64,000 bases of DNA from Gnetum montanum (taxonomy: Eukaryota > Plantae > Gnetophyta): contig MNCI01002748.1 in NCBI GenBank assembly GCA_015680685.1, positions 317,617 through 381,616 of the forward strand, written 5' to 3'. A program made the position numbers and the translations under genes. Position 1 is the first letter of the stretch; every line of letters starts with the position of its first letter. This document shows, piece after piece, positions 1-13,871 of this stretch. Under the pieces are notes generated by a model. The model was given only the letters and a program-made list of their open reading frames with translations, did no database searches and was not told the DNA's origin.

Positions 1-2950
1 CGCGATCTTTCCTTGGAAATTTCCAAGATCAACATATGTGGAAAGATAGAGAAGAGGATAGTTCCATGCATCACATACAGTGATTCATCGGGTGATGACA
101 CGGAGAAAATGTCTCCATGTCAGAGGTATGCCCAAGAGACTCTACAACAAAGATGCCTGTATGTAGCAACCACACAAGAAGTAGTAGACACCCCGTGGTT
201 GACAGCTTCTCATAGGGGGCAACAAATATGNNNNNNNNNNNNNNNNNNNNNNNNNNNNNNNNNNNNNNNNNNNNNNNNNNNNNNNNNNNNNNNNNNNNNN
301 NNNNNNNNNNNNNNNNNNNNNNNNNNNNNNNNNNNNNNNNNNNNNNNNNNNNNNNNNNNNNNNNNNNNNNNNNNNNNNNNNNNNNNNNNNNNNNNNNNNN
401 NNNNNNNNNNNNNNNNNNNNNNNNNNNNNNNNNNNNNNNNNNNNNNNNNNNNNNNNNNNNNNNNNNNNNNNNNNNNNNNNNNNNNNNNNNNNNNNNNNNN
501 NNNNNNNNNNNNNNNNNNNNNNNNNNNNNNNNNNNNNNNNNNNNNNNNNNNNNNNNNNNNNNNNNNNNNNNNNNNNNNNNNNNNNNNNNNNNNNNNNNNN
601 NNNNNNNNNNNNNNNNNNNNNNNNNNNNNNNNNNNNNNNNNNNNNNNNNNNNNNNNNNNNNNNNNNNNNNNNNNNNNNNNNNNNNNNNNNNNNNNNNNNN
701 NNNNNNNNNNNNNNNNNNNNNNNNNNNNNNNNNNNNNNNNNNNNNNNNNNNNNNNNNNNNNNNNNNNNNNNNNNNNNNNNNNNNNNNNNNNNNNNNNNNN
801 NNNNNNNNNNNNNNNNNNNNNNNNNNNNNNNNNNNNNNNNNNNNNNNNNNNNNNNNNNNNNNNNNNNNNNNNNNNNNNNNNNNNNNNNNNNNNNNNNNNN
901 NNNNNNNNNNNNNNNNNNNNNNNNNNNNNNNNNNNNNNNNNNNNNNNCCCCACACATAAAAACACAAAACAAAAAAAGAAGAAAAAAAAAAGAGAAAACA
1001 GAAAAAAGGAAAAAAAAGAAGAAAAGTAAAAAGCAAAAGTGAGGATTCAAAGCACACCCCTTAGACNNNNNNNNNNNNNNNNNNNNNNNNNNNNNNNNNN
1101 NNNNNNNNNNNNNNNNNNNNNNNNNNNNNNNNNNNNNNNNNNNNNNNNNNNNNNNNNNNNNNNNNNNNNNNNNNNNNNNNNNNNNNNNNNNNNNNNNNNN
1201 NNNNNNNNNNNNNNNNNNNNNNNNNNNNNNNNNNNNNNNNNNNNNNNNNNNNNNNNNNNNNNNNNNNNNNNNNNNNNNNNNNNNNNNNNNNNNNNNNNNN
1301 NNNNNNNNNNNNNNNNNNNNNNNNNNNNNNNNNNNNNNNNNNNNNNNNNNNNNNNNNNNNNNNNNNNNNNNNNNNNNNNNNNNNNNNNNNNNNNNNNNNN
1401 NNNNNNNNNNNNNNNNNNNNNNNNNNNNNNNNNNNNNNNNNNNNNNNNNNNNNNNNNNNNNNNNNNNNNNNNNNNNNNNNNNNNNNNNNNNNNNNNNNNN
1501 NNNNNNNNNNNNNNNNNNNNNNNNNNNNNNNNNNNNNNNNNNNNNNNNNNNNNNNNNNNNNNNNNNNNNNNNNNNNNNNNNNNNNNNNNNNNNNNNNNNN
1601 NNNNNNNNNNNNNNNNNNNNNNNNNNNNNNNNNNNNNNNNNNNNNNNNNNNNNNNNNNNNNNNNNNNNNNNNNNNNNNNNNNNNNNNNNNNNNNNNNNNN
1701 NNNNNNNNNNNNNCCTATTCTCTCTCCTCTTTTCTCTTAGCTGCCAAATGTGGCCTGATGTCATTGTAATAAGGTGTTGACCCTTGTTGTCATGAACACC
1801 AGTTTTTGTCAAGTCTTGTAATAAAGACCGTTCACATGTTATCCCATTAGTTCCATTTCCCCTAATAATCCCACACCTACCTGATATCATTGTAAGGAAC
1901 TCGAGGACGAGTTTTCATTCAGTCATGGGGGTATGATGAGACGCGACCCGCATGTGCCACGATATTGCGTACGCGATATCGCGGTCCGCCGCCATATCTA
2001 TAAATAAGAGGTAGCACTTCCTTCATTTCCCAATCCTGGCTAGAAGTAGCGAAGCTCTGGCATATTGATCACTCCAGAGTTAGAATTTTTCCCATGTGCC
2101 CACAGTAGGAGTTCTAGAGTGAACGGCTCTTTATTCGAGTAGCTTGTAACCTGAACCCAAGTTGTGTACGGCAATAAAGACGAACTTGATTGGATAAACC
2201 TTGCAGCACGTGGCTTTATTGTTTATTTACCGCTTTCCTAGTGCGTTCAAGTACAACTTGATTACGAGCGTCTACGGACGTGTACGGCTAGTCAAGGAAT
2301 CGGCTACTTGACGCAACGCATGAGTACGACTCAATTATGAGCATTGGCTGCTTGGTAACCCAGTAGCGTATTCCAGGATTCTACGCTTGGTAATCCCAGT
2401 AGTAGTCTGATGTGTACGGCTAGTTGAGGAATCGGCTGCTCATTGCTAGGCTAGAATGTGTGATAAGTACGACTTAGTTACGAGCACCCACGGGTGTGTA
2501 CGGCTAGCTAAGGAATCGACTGCTTATCACACTTAAGCTAAATAGGTGCCTCAGTACGACCACTTCGAGCACTTGCGTTACGTGTGGCGATCCCAGTAAC
2601 GATTAGCGTTTGGTAAGCCACAGTTGCATAGTTCAGGGTGTGTCCGGTAAGTAGGAACGGATGCTGATGCTAGTTAATTTAGATTTAGGACATTAGTTAG
2701 AGTTAGTTAGTTTCTCAACCCTTTCCTTTGATAGCATAGGAGATAAGCCAAAAATACCAAAAAAATCACATACCTTAGACTTGCTTAACCATACACCGTG
2801 ACAAATACAAGCAAGCCTGGGAAGACAACGAACGATTAACCCCAAGCTTTTCTTGTGGTGTTAAAGCATTTAGTCTACGGAGTTCGACCAGATCGCGCGT
2901 GCACGCTCGTATTCATATGGTGGAGTGTAGGGGTACCTCACTACTCATCA
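1..2950 (+). mobile_element. Young Athila-like Ty3/Gypsy element E0 (3' part, two assembly gaps), nested in the gag region of element A
   Basis: 1-230 reads without stops as the post-protease linker (SLEISK..KRIVPCITYSD), homologous to 5572-5790. 1047-1066 (caaagcacaccccttagac) matches the family spacer block. It ends with PPT + LTR. Sequence after 2950 resumes as gag 5' region (compare 35181 and 29008), with no PBS. Confidence 0.8.
1934..2950 (+). repeat. 3' LTR of E0 (1017 bp, CpG-rich)
   Basis: Perfect terminal inverted repeat TGATGAG...CTCATCA. Preceded by the PPT cagtcatgggggta. TATA (ctataaataa, ~1997) and aataaa (~2173). End motif attcatatgg...ctcactactcatca is shared with the other LTRs. 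Confidence 0.93.
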
Positions 2951-5900
2951 GTGAGGACTTCTTTTTGGGTACCTTTCAATACATAGATTCCCCCACCCAC
3001 CCCCTGCCAACCCACCTGCNNNNNNNNNNNNNNNNNNNNNNNNNCCCCCCCTCCCTCTTTGAGAGGAAGACCCTTAACCAATAGCTACAATCAATTGTGG
3101 ACAACCTTAGTGATGGGAAGAGTGGGTCTCAAGATCAGGGGATCTCAAAAGATGGTATTCATAGCCATTTATCTAGAGGTAGGAACAATTATAAGCATAA
3201 GGAGAAAGATAAACATGGTGATTGGGATAGGGACCAAAGAAGAGGAGGTAGTAGGCACCATTTAGGTGTTGATTCTCCTTTCTCTTCACCTTCATCATCA
3301 TCCTCATCATCTTTCTCCTCCAACTTTGATAGGAGAAGCAAAGGTTGGGACCATGGAAGAAGAAGCAAAGATCATGATGGAGATGAATGGTGGAATAGGG
3401 ATGATCATAGATCCTACCATGATGATAGGAACTAAGGGCATGAGTGACAGTAGTGGGATGAGCATCACAAAGAATGAAGGCACAATAAGACTCATCGTAG
3501 ACATCATAGCCATAACAAGAACCATAGAGACCATTATGACCACAATGAACCCCTACTAGCAACTAGGAATATGCTGAATATTTCATAGGTAGTTAGAATT
3601 CCCAATAGGAACTTGACAGATAGCCACATTAAATGGTTGGATATGAAAAATATCCCCAGGTTTGAGGGGAGATACAATTTAGTTCCATAGAATCATTTGT
3701 AAGCCTTCCATGATGCCTATGCCTTGCAAAATGTGGAGAATGAATGGTAAAAGCTAAAACTATTTTCAAGGATACTCATAAAGGAAGCAAAAAGCTGGTA
3801 TTGATCCTTGGAACTAGAATCTATTTGATGATGGAGTATGATGTTGGAGTTATTCAAAAACAAATACCAAACATACTCCAAAGTGTCCAATTTGAGGAGG
3901 CAAATCCAAGGGTGGAAACAAGGTACCCATGAGTCCTTGGATGCAGCCATGGGTAGGTACTATTCTTTGTTGCATAGATGTCCAAGCCATGGATACTCTC
4001 AGTGAGATTAGCTATAGCATATCATAGATGGGATTAGAACTAAAACAAGGAGAACCCTTGGGGTCTATGCCCAAGGGAGACTTTCTGAGCTAAGGGTCCA
4101 TCAGATTCAAAGCCTCATTGAGCAAGTGTTCAAAGAGGAAGGAGAACTAAAAAATGGAAAAGTGTAGAAGAATACCCTCCATCTACAAAAGGGAGGTCTA
4201 TTTCTCTAATAATGAGGAGGAGGCACCACTTGCTGCCAATCTAAAAATTTGTTACTGAAATATTGGCTAAGGTTTATAAAATGTGGGACTTCTTAGATGA
4301 GAAGTTTCAAACTAATCTAAAGATTATAGAGGAACATAGAGATCAAGGAGGTAATGGCCATGAAAGAAGGAAGAAAAATAAGGTTGAATGTAAATATCAC
4401 AATGATAAGGGCAAAACTACGATAGTAGAGGAGGTTGCAGATTCAAAATCTAATGATGAGTGGTGTGACATCTACCAATATGAACATCCCAAGGGATGTT
4501 GCCCACTATTGTCATACTTACAAGAATCTGGGGTATATACTTTAAATCCTAGATTGGAAAAATGGCAAGCACCTAGGAGGTTTCCTTATCCACAAGGCAA
4601 CTATCAACAACAACTCCATCAATAAGCTTACTATCCAAGTGAAGCACCACCTCAACCTCAAGAGTAGTATTAATAGTGGCAACACCCACAGTCATGGGGG
4701 ATGTCACCTCCCAACTAGCAGTTTCCTTATCGCCAACCTATTCCTTATGGATACTATGTTCAACAACCAATCTTTCCACATGACTCTTCTAGTCACACTT
4801 CCGTCCCACACCACTACTATTCTCTTGAATACTATAGAGCACCTTCTCCAAGGAGGGAGTTCCCATTTCCTTACTATCCTTTTCAACACCCATGCACTCC
4901 TACACCGTCATCATTAACTCCTCTACCACCTGCTCCATCCATGTAGGGTGAAATACCTACCCAACCACAACAAAGAAATGCTATGAGGGTAGTAAATCTA
5001 CAACCAGCTTCTTAGCTAAGTAGTTCTAAATTCAAGCCTTACAAGAGGTCATTCTTCAGAACCAATAGCTCCACAAAGCCCTCATAGACACCCATGGCTA
5101 GTAACCCTGCTACTTCAACAACCTTTGAAATTTCCATCGAGCAACCTTTGAACAAAAATGCCCTCAAATTACACACAACCATGTTGACCCATACTGTCAC
5201 AGATTGGATCAAGTTTGGTCATCTTCCTAGGAAGAGATCTAATCTTGGAAGTCCTCATATCTACTTACAAATTACTGAAAATGAACTATGTAAGGCTCTT
5301 TTGGACTTAAGTTTTGTAGTTAACTTGATTTCATAAGAAATGTACAAAGCCTAGAACCTACATCCATTAAAAAAGAGAAACATTAAATTGGAGCTAGTAG
5401 ACCAATCCATCACTGTTCCTTTAGAATTGGTGGAGGATATTATGACCACAACCTATGGATGATCATATCCTACCAATTTTCTAGTGATCCAGGTGAAAAA
5501 TAGCAAAGAAAACTTCCTTATCATCATGGGAATAGCATGGCTGAGCACCATAGATGCAAGGTTGAGGATCAAAGACCTTTCCTTGGAAATTTCCAAAAAA
5601 TAAATTTGAAAAAATCGAGAAGAAGAGAGTTCCATGCATCACGTATAGTAACATAGGGTGTCATTGCATGAAAAGACTATGGATCATCAAAGGCACATCA
5701 CTTCAAGCATGTAGTCAATGTGCAGATATTCCAGAGATTCAAAGATGCTTGTACATAGTAGCCACTAAATGGAGTGTGCTTAGTGGTTGAGAATTGACAA
5801 TGGGGCTAAATCAACAATATGTATGAAACCAACTAAGAGCCTCACTAGTTCCTATGTTAAAGGCATGGATAAGTTAGAGTAGCTCCATTGGCAACTCTCT

Positions 5901-8775
5901 AATGCACAAAGTGAGATTGATTAGGGAGAGTTGGAGATCCCTAAAACTTTCAAGAAAGAGATCCTTAAATTAAAGGCTCTACTCGCAGGAATGGAGTATG
6001 CATTTCTGAACAATGGTAAGCTTATCATTATTAATGCCACACTTTCTCTTGCACAAAATAAGAAATAGTTAAAATTTGTAAAAAAATGGCCAATAGCCTT
6101 TGCTTGATCATATCATGAGTTAACAAGAATTGATCCAAGGATATGCCAACATAGAATTTATACAAACTCCTCAATCAAACTAAAGAGACAACCACAAAGA
6201 TGCTTGAACCGAAAACTCAAGAAAATTATCAAAGAGGAGATTGAACAACTCCTCAAGGTCAAGTTCATTTATCCAATCACAAACAATAAGTGGGTTGGCC
6301 CACTTGTTATGTGCCAAAGAAGGGGAAAAATGGAGAGTCTGTATAAACTTCAAGTTATTAAATATGACAACTTACAAAGTTCATTTTCCATTACCATTTG
6401 TGGACCAAGTACTAGATACCATTGCAGGGCATTGTTATTAGAGCTTTTGGGATTATTATAGTGGTTATAATCAAATCTAGATCACATCAAAGAACCAGGC
6501 CAAGACAACATTCACAAGTCCTTAGTGAACTTTTGCATACCAAAAGATACCCTTTGGCCTATGCAATGCTCCTACCACAATTTCTTTAGCCCTTAGCATC
6601 TTCCAACAATAGATTGGTAGCAGGGTAGAAGTCTTCATGGATGACTTCTTTAACTATGGGGCTACATTTGAGCAAGCATTGGACCACATTAAGCAATTTC
6701 TCAAAAGATGTGTGGAGACTAACCTAAGGCTCACTTAGCAGAAGAGCCACCTCATGGTCTAAGAGGGCATTATCTTAGGGCATCAAATTTTAAACAAACG
6801 AATCAAGGTGAGCCTAGAGAAAATAAAGGTCATCTAAGGAATAACCAAAAAATCCAAAATAGTGAAGGATATGAGGTCATTTCTTACCCATACTAGTTAT
6901 TACCGATGCTTCATCAAAAATTTCTCAAAGATCATCAAGCTGTTGGTAGAAATTATAAAGAAAGATGTACTATTTTTCTAAACTAATGAATGCAAAATTG
7001 CATTCCAATAACTAAAACAAAAACTCATAGAAACTTTGATTCTATGAGCACCAAACTAGTCTAGGCCATTCCACATCATGAAGAATGCATTCAATTACAC
7101 CTTGGGAGCCATGCTTACACAGATGGATGATCAGAAACATCCATATTGCATTCAATATGCAATAAAAAACATTTTGGATGCACAACTCAACTACACCACC
7201 ATTAAAAAGGAGCTTATGATGGTGGTGTATACCCTGGAAAAATTCAGGTACTATGTGCTTGGATACAAAGTGTTTATGTACACTAGCCATAGTGCCATAC
7301 AATTCTTGATGAATAAGCCAATGGTGAGTCCCTATGTCATACAATGGCTGGTAATCCTATAGGAGTTTGATTTGATGATGGTTGATCGAAAAGCAACCAA
7401 GAATGTGATAGCTAATCACTTCTCTCGGCTAAGATGGAACAAGAAAGAGGATGACAGCCCATTATTTGATCAATTTCCTGATGAGCTCCTCTTTGCTGGT
7501 GCTATTAATTCTCAAAATCCTAAGGAAACAAAATATTATGACAACATCCTCTTCTATCAACTCATTCAAAAGATGCCACAAGGGTGGGACAACAAGAAGA
7601 AGCAACAATTTCTTCATTAGGTGAAACAGTTCATGGAGATCAAGGGAAACCTTTACAAGAGTTGTGTTAATGGCTTGGTTCGATGGTGTTTCCTTGATGG
7701 AGATCATCTTTAAGTCCTCTAGGATGCACATGAAGGTCCTTGGTGGCCACTATGCTAGGAGGAGGATGGCCATTAAGATCCTTATGGTAGGATATTATTG
7801 GGTCATGATCTTCCAAGATACCCATCACTTTTTCCATTCATATGATTGGTACCAACATGATGAAGGGATGATTGCATGCATGGAAGAACTGCAATAGTGG
7901 ATTTAACCATTGGAGCTTTTTGATCTTTGGGAGATTAATTTCATGGGGCCTATCAATCCTATGTTAAATAAAAGGGCCTACATCATTATGGCTATTGATT
8001 ACTATACCAAATTGGCTAAATCTTCCACTATCACTAGCTATTCATCCTCTACGATGGCATGGTTTGTATAACAAAAAGTTATCAATAAGTTTGATGTGCC
8101 ACAAGCACTAATTTCAAATAATGGAGCACACTTTATAGGTGCCACTTTTTGAAAGCTCATGAAATGCTTAGGGGTTGAACATAAATTAACAACCTCATAC
8201 CACCCCCAATCCAATAGTCAAGTTGAGGTTACTAGTAGGAAAATTACTAAAATACTAATATGAATAGTTATTAAATATAGAAAGGACTATAGTAGTAAAC
8301 TTAACAATGTTCTTTGGGTTTATCGATCAATGTGGAAACTTCCTATTAGGTATTCCCCCTATGAGCTCATGTACAGAAAACTTCCAATGCTTTCCATCCA
8401 AGCTAAGCTCCATACACTTTCAATAGCTTATGACCTTAACTTGGACTTAAGTCTAGCCCAAAGATAATGACTGATGAACCTCAATATGCTAGATGAGAAT
8501 AAATTAGTGGCCTTATCATCAAATGAAGTGCACAAGTTACATAACAAACAACGTCATAACCTTAAGACATGAAAAGTAAAGTTTCAACTAGGAGATAAGG
8601 TGCTCTACTAGAACACCATGCATGTACCTCAATGTACCAAATTTCAAATGTTATGGGAGGGTCCTTACATTATATACAAAAACTTTCCATCCAAGGCCAT
8701 GTTGATATACCATTCTAACAACCCAAGTATGAGATTATTGGTGAATAGCCAATAACTTAAACCTTTCTTTGCATG
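2951..8775 (+). pseudogene. gag-pol remnant of element A
   Basis: Gag knuckle CDIYQYEHPKGCC (~4465) and protease ALLDL (~5294). RT motifs WRVCINF..LN and HFPLPFVDQVLD, VFMDDF (~6630). RNase H YTTIKKELM..VY.LEKFR. Integrase GGHY..MAIKIL..GYYW and TTSYHPQSN. Many stops and frameshifts. Confidence 0.93.
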
Positions 8776-10785
8776 AAAAACAACTATTGGAAAGAATGTC
8801 TCAATTAATAGCCATGCACACTCAATCTTTCATATCTTCCTCATCCAACTCAATCATGGGGAAGATGGCCATTCATGATAATAATTATATGAGGGGATCC
8901 TCAATTTTTCAAAATTTTTTTATTTTACATCATTTTTATATGTTTCTCATTTTCTCGAATATTTTAATCTTTTTCCTATATTTTACCTTATTTGGAGTTT
9001 TCATATGTGTCCTCTCTTTCTTTATTGCCATTGGGAATTTGGTGTCAAACAGAGCTATTGATTGATGGTGGTTTGTTCGATTGTATTGTTACTTGATTGC
9101 AAATGACTAGATTTCATCCTAGAATTTTGATGTTAATTAATGGAACACTAGTTTTCTCATGATACCAGCCCATGAGTTTACATCATCTTCCCATTTCACA
9201 AAACTCTATGGTTTTTTCTCATTTAAAAAATATGGGGTCCCTTATTAATAAAAACTTACAATGAATTTGTGACCTTGGTATTTTCCAAACTTGGAACAAA
9301 TAAAGTGGATGAACAAGGGTGTGGATTCAAGGGGATTTTTCACCTTTTGTACCTGCCTACCATATGGGGTTTCATGAATATTCCCATGGATTCCTTACCA
9401 TTCCTACATCAACCAATAAATATGAAGTAATGTCTTTGCATGGTGTAATTCCCATATATTAAAAAATCTATGGGCATTCAAAGCACATCCCATAGACATA
9501 ATAGTAGACTACAAGCACTTGTTATGGGGCTAAAAAGACATGTTACCCATGCCTAAAGGCACCCCTCTAACTAAGGCCCTCTCACTTTCTGCTTCTTTTT
9601 TCTTCTTTCATTGGAATGGTGAGTGATCTATGGGGATGTTCTTGTAGCCTAGGGGATGGAATGATCTCAATATGCCAATGTAAAGTCACTAGAAGTGGAT
9701 GGTCTTGGCTCCAACTAAGGATGAAAAATATTAGGTCATATTAATGACATCATCCATAAGGGACTTCATGTGACCATGATACGGAACTCCATTCCATACT
9801 CTCTCTCTCTCATCCTTCAGTTCTTTCCATTTACCACTTACTATCCATTATCATGATTAATTGATAGGTTCATTTTGTGCAGTCTTAACTCTTTGATGGT
9901 TTCTTTAGTGATTCGATTTTTAACAATCTACAACCATTAATCATCCTTAAGGTCCATGGACTCCTTAATATGAGGGCATGCAAGGGCATAAGCTTGCTAT
10001 GGTGTGGATTCACTTGCATACTCTTTGGTTGAGATGGTTAAATTTCCTATTCCTTTGTCATTTTTCTTTCAAAACCTTTGTTTTCCACCTCAAAGCATCC
10101 AATTTTTGCACTTCTTGATAATTAATCTCCTATCAAATCCCCTTATCAAACATATTCTTAGCCCTCTTCATTCATTTTTCATTATGCTAGGTTTTTTTGG
10201 CTTCCTCTGGATCCCAATTTCATGGAAAAACTCTTTTTCTTTATGTGATTTTTGTATTGTAAAAAAAAAAAAAAAAAATTGGCTACATCGATGCAGCTTG
10301 ATGTGTTAATGTATCCCCATTAACACAACAGAAGAATAGTATAAATACATAGTGAGAGTTAGCTAAATTTTCACATTTGCCTCATAACATTAGGGGAGTT
10401 TTTGCAATTTTTAAAGCCTGGAGTCTTCCCAAGCCCATAACTTCCTAACTACTTGATCAATTCAACTCATTCTTCAACCCTTTAGCTATCAAAGATGAGC
10501 TTTATGTGTGGAGGCCAAAAACCTATGGTTTATGATGGAAAACTTTTTGGAATTTTTCAACTCCCAAATGGTTTAACTAATAAAATAATTGTTAATGTTA
10601 CAAATCCACATAAGTTAAACCTCATCAACAAACTCAAGTAGCCATTGGAATAAAATAATATTAAAATAATCAACTTTCTACGTTCATGAATTAGCCTAAG
10701 TGTAACTAGCCAAATGGGGAAAGATATCAAAAGTATTATAAGTTACACATAAAACACTAATCCTTGGCTATGTGCATGATTGCTA

Positions 10786-13637
10786 ATGGCACCGAAGAGA
10801 CCACAAGGAGAAGGATCATCACAACCATAGGAGAAATAGCCATGAGAGGAAAAGGGCCAACAACCACAAAAACCCCAACAAGGTGAGGAAGTGATTCATG
10901 CCATCGGACCTCTTTAGGAGGAGCCCAAAGTAGAGTCTACTCATTAGATTCCCACTACAGACACAATCCAGTCTAGGTAGGACAAGGTGCCAAGGCCTGG
11001 ACCAAATCTAGAGGTTGCCTTGACTAAGGCCTACCTTAAGCAAATTCATTCTAATAAGGTTCAAAGTGCTATTCTTTGGGAACTCAACTTTAGCCCCTTA
11101 TTAGACCTAGCACTAGAGGAGGTCAAACACAACTGCAAGGATCTTCCATGTGATCCATCCTCACTTCCAATGGGGAATGGTACATAGAAGAAACTTATCT
11201 CTTGTAGAATAACCAATAAGAAAACACTACGGTGAAAATTAAAGGCATCAACATGTTCTATTTGGTTGAGGCCATTGTAGAGGTTCTTGAATTACCTAAC
11301 ATTGGGATGACCCTGATGGAAATTCCCACACAACTAGATCTAGAAGTTAAAAGGAATGGATCCAACAGTGCTATGGAGTGGATGGTAAGGAGTACAATGC
11401 ACTCACCAAGGTAGAGAGGGCCTACTGCAAGATTATGGATTATCACCTAAACCCAATGATAAGGCCAAGCAAGGTCACTACCTTCTCTACCCATGCATGT
11501 GTCTCTCTAACTAGAAAATTCCCAGTCAACCTCCCCCAACTCATCTTCCTGGAAATTGAAAAATAATTCAAAGAGAATGAGTGAGGGAGAAAGATGCTTC
11601 CCTTTTCATGTCTAATCAAAAAAATTTCAAAAGGGGAGGGATATCCCATTATGCAAATGATACTCTGTCCTACTCCTATCACATCTTAGCAGGAGATGAT
11701 GAAGGACAAGGCACCCACCAAGCTACTTGAAGAGGAGCGGCCACCACCACCACCTACTAGAGAAATAATGTTGGAGGCTTGTGTAGCAATAGAACACATG
11801 AGAAATAATGTTGAAAGCTCCATGAGCAACTCCTATAACAATAACAGGGAGAACCAAGTGGTGGAAAGTCATTAGTATACCGGCCAACATTGAGCCACCT
11901 CAATGAAGTAACTAGGACAATAAGTTGGCTAGAGGAGAATGCAATGTTGTTTTTGACACAACAAATATAGGCACCCATGAGATCAAATAAAAACACCTAG
12001 GAAGTGATGGTGTCCATCCTTGGACAACAACAATTCCTAGAGATCTCTAGAAATACCACTACTTTCTTGATGCACCTAGAAGAGGGTGAGGAGGTGATTG
12101 TCCTAGTGATGCATCATCATGGATAGGAAACAATAGTGGAGGTGATGGATGATAGAGTAATAGAGGCTCATAACATTCTTGCAACAACTATGCTAGACAT
12201 TCTTACACTCAAAGATGTGCAAGCTTCCACAAGAGTAGTTAGTGGAAGGATAGGTATAGCCTAATATGAGGATGTATTGCACTGACTGGTGGGAACTTGG
12301 CAATCACTTGCAGAGTTCTTCGATCTCTCAAAAGAAATCATAGTTACCTAGTTGAAGCTACTAGAGAAAAAGGGTAAGCTCATCATTGTAAACATCCAAC
12401 TTGAGGTAGCCACTACTAAAAATCGACAATTGGCTACCAAGGTTACAAGACTGCGAGCCCACTTAGCCAATCTTGCCATTCTCAACCAAGCCGTTACATA
12501 GGATGAAGCTTTTCTATAGCATCAAAATCAATTAAAAAGGCTAAGAATGCTAAAGAGATGGCAGTCTTTGATGCATCCTTATCAAAAGCTATCACTACCT
12601 ACACTGATAAGGACTTGGTACAAGTTTGTAAGAAGAACCTGACTCAAAGTAGAGACATCCATCGCCTGTGCAATATCGATAAGAAAAATGACTAGATGGT
12701 TGAGTTTGTGAGATAGCAGTAGGAGTATCTCACCAAGGTGAACATGGATCTAAGGAGATTGGTAGCAGAGAACTGTAATTTATTAATGATGAAAGTCCAT
12801 GCACTTCACCAGAAAATAGCCATTAAGGTAGCCACTTGGAAAAATGAGACCCTAAATTTTGAACAAGTAAAAAATCACTATAAAGACCAGGTTGGGCTCC
12901 TCAAGGAGGTAAATGACAAAGAGATTCAACTAGCCAAGGTAAAAATGAATAAGGCCCTCTAGTAACTCTAGTAGAGAGGCAATGTATGACATCCAATCTT
13001 TGATGGACTGCATACCTACAACAAAGTAGAGATCTACCTAAAGGAGTTGCAAATTTAGAAAATGATAGAATACATAGAGCTGGCCAACCTCTATTATGTA
13101 AACTTGGTGATGTTGATAGTTGAAAGGCCAAGGTCAAAGTTGGAGAAGCAAGTGGCTAGATCGTACCTCCTCTATGAGGATGAGTTCAAGCATCACAAAA
13201 ACACCAAGTAGAAGCTAAAAGTAGCTAATGAAGAGCTTGAAGTCCTCAGGAGCTAATTTACTAACCAACGATCAATTGTTGAGAACTTGGCTAGGAGGAT
13301 AAATGACTATCATGAACTGTAAAACCTTGTCAATACATTTCATGTGGTATGTAAATAATTCATAGCATGGTTTTTCAATGTCAAAAAGTTATTCTTGACA
13401 ATGCCCTATCCATGAGACATCCCTATACTAGCCCACATTGTTGAAGCTGTGTGGACTGTGTACAACCCATGGAGTAAGGAGGAGAAGATGAAGGCATTGC
13501 TGGATTCCTTTCACCTTCCACTAGAAGCAGCAATTGCAAAAGAATAGCCTCAACCTCAACTACAACCACCACAAGTGTCAAAGGCTAGAGAAGGTCCTTC
13601 AACATTCTAGGAGCCTCCACCTCTTGGCATTATTTGA
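10786..13637 (+). pseudogene. Extra (env-position) ORF remnant of element A
   Basis: Starts MAPKRPQGEGSSQP. Contains KFPVNLPQLIFLEIEK..LPFSCLI, a poly-Pro hinge and a long K/E/Q/L-rich tail. Colinear with 42566-45420 and 49600-52400. Confidence 0.85.
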
Positions 13638-13871
13638 TCTCCTCTTCATCTTTGGCCACCAAAGTATTCTAGATGTTCATTTTTATAGGGGTGTTCAATT
13701 TTGTTATCCTAAATATCCAATTTTGTAATTATTGTAATTCCATATAATTCAGCACTTAGAATTAGTCAGTAGAGTCTGTCAACTTGTGACTCCATACCTT
13801 TCCAATTTTATAAGAAACTTTACCCTATTTTCGTTCACTCGAGAACAAGTTTTCATTTAGTTGTGGGGGTA

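Noticed and set aside
13-1890. Long ORFs in the ORF track over 13-1890
   Set aside because: They are artefacts of N runs. Only 1-230 has real retrotransposon coding signal.
2275-2670. CRISPR-like array or hammerhead ribozyme (retrozyme) in the LTR repeats
   Set aside because: Eukaryotic LTR context, irregular and mutually related spacers, no cas genes, and no CTGANGA...GAAA core with flanking stems seen.
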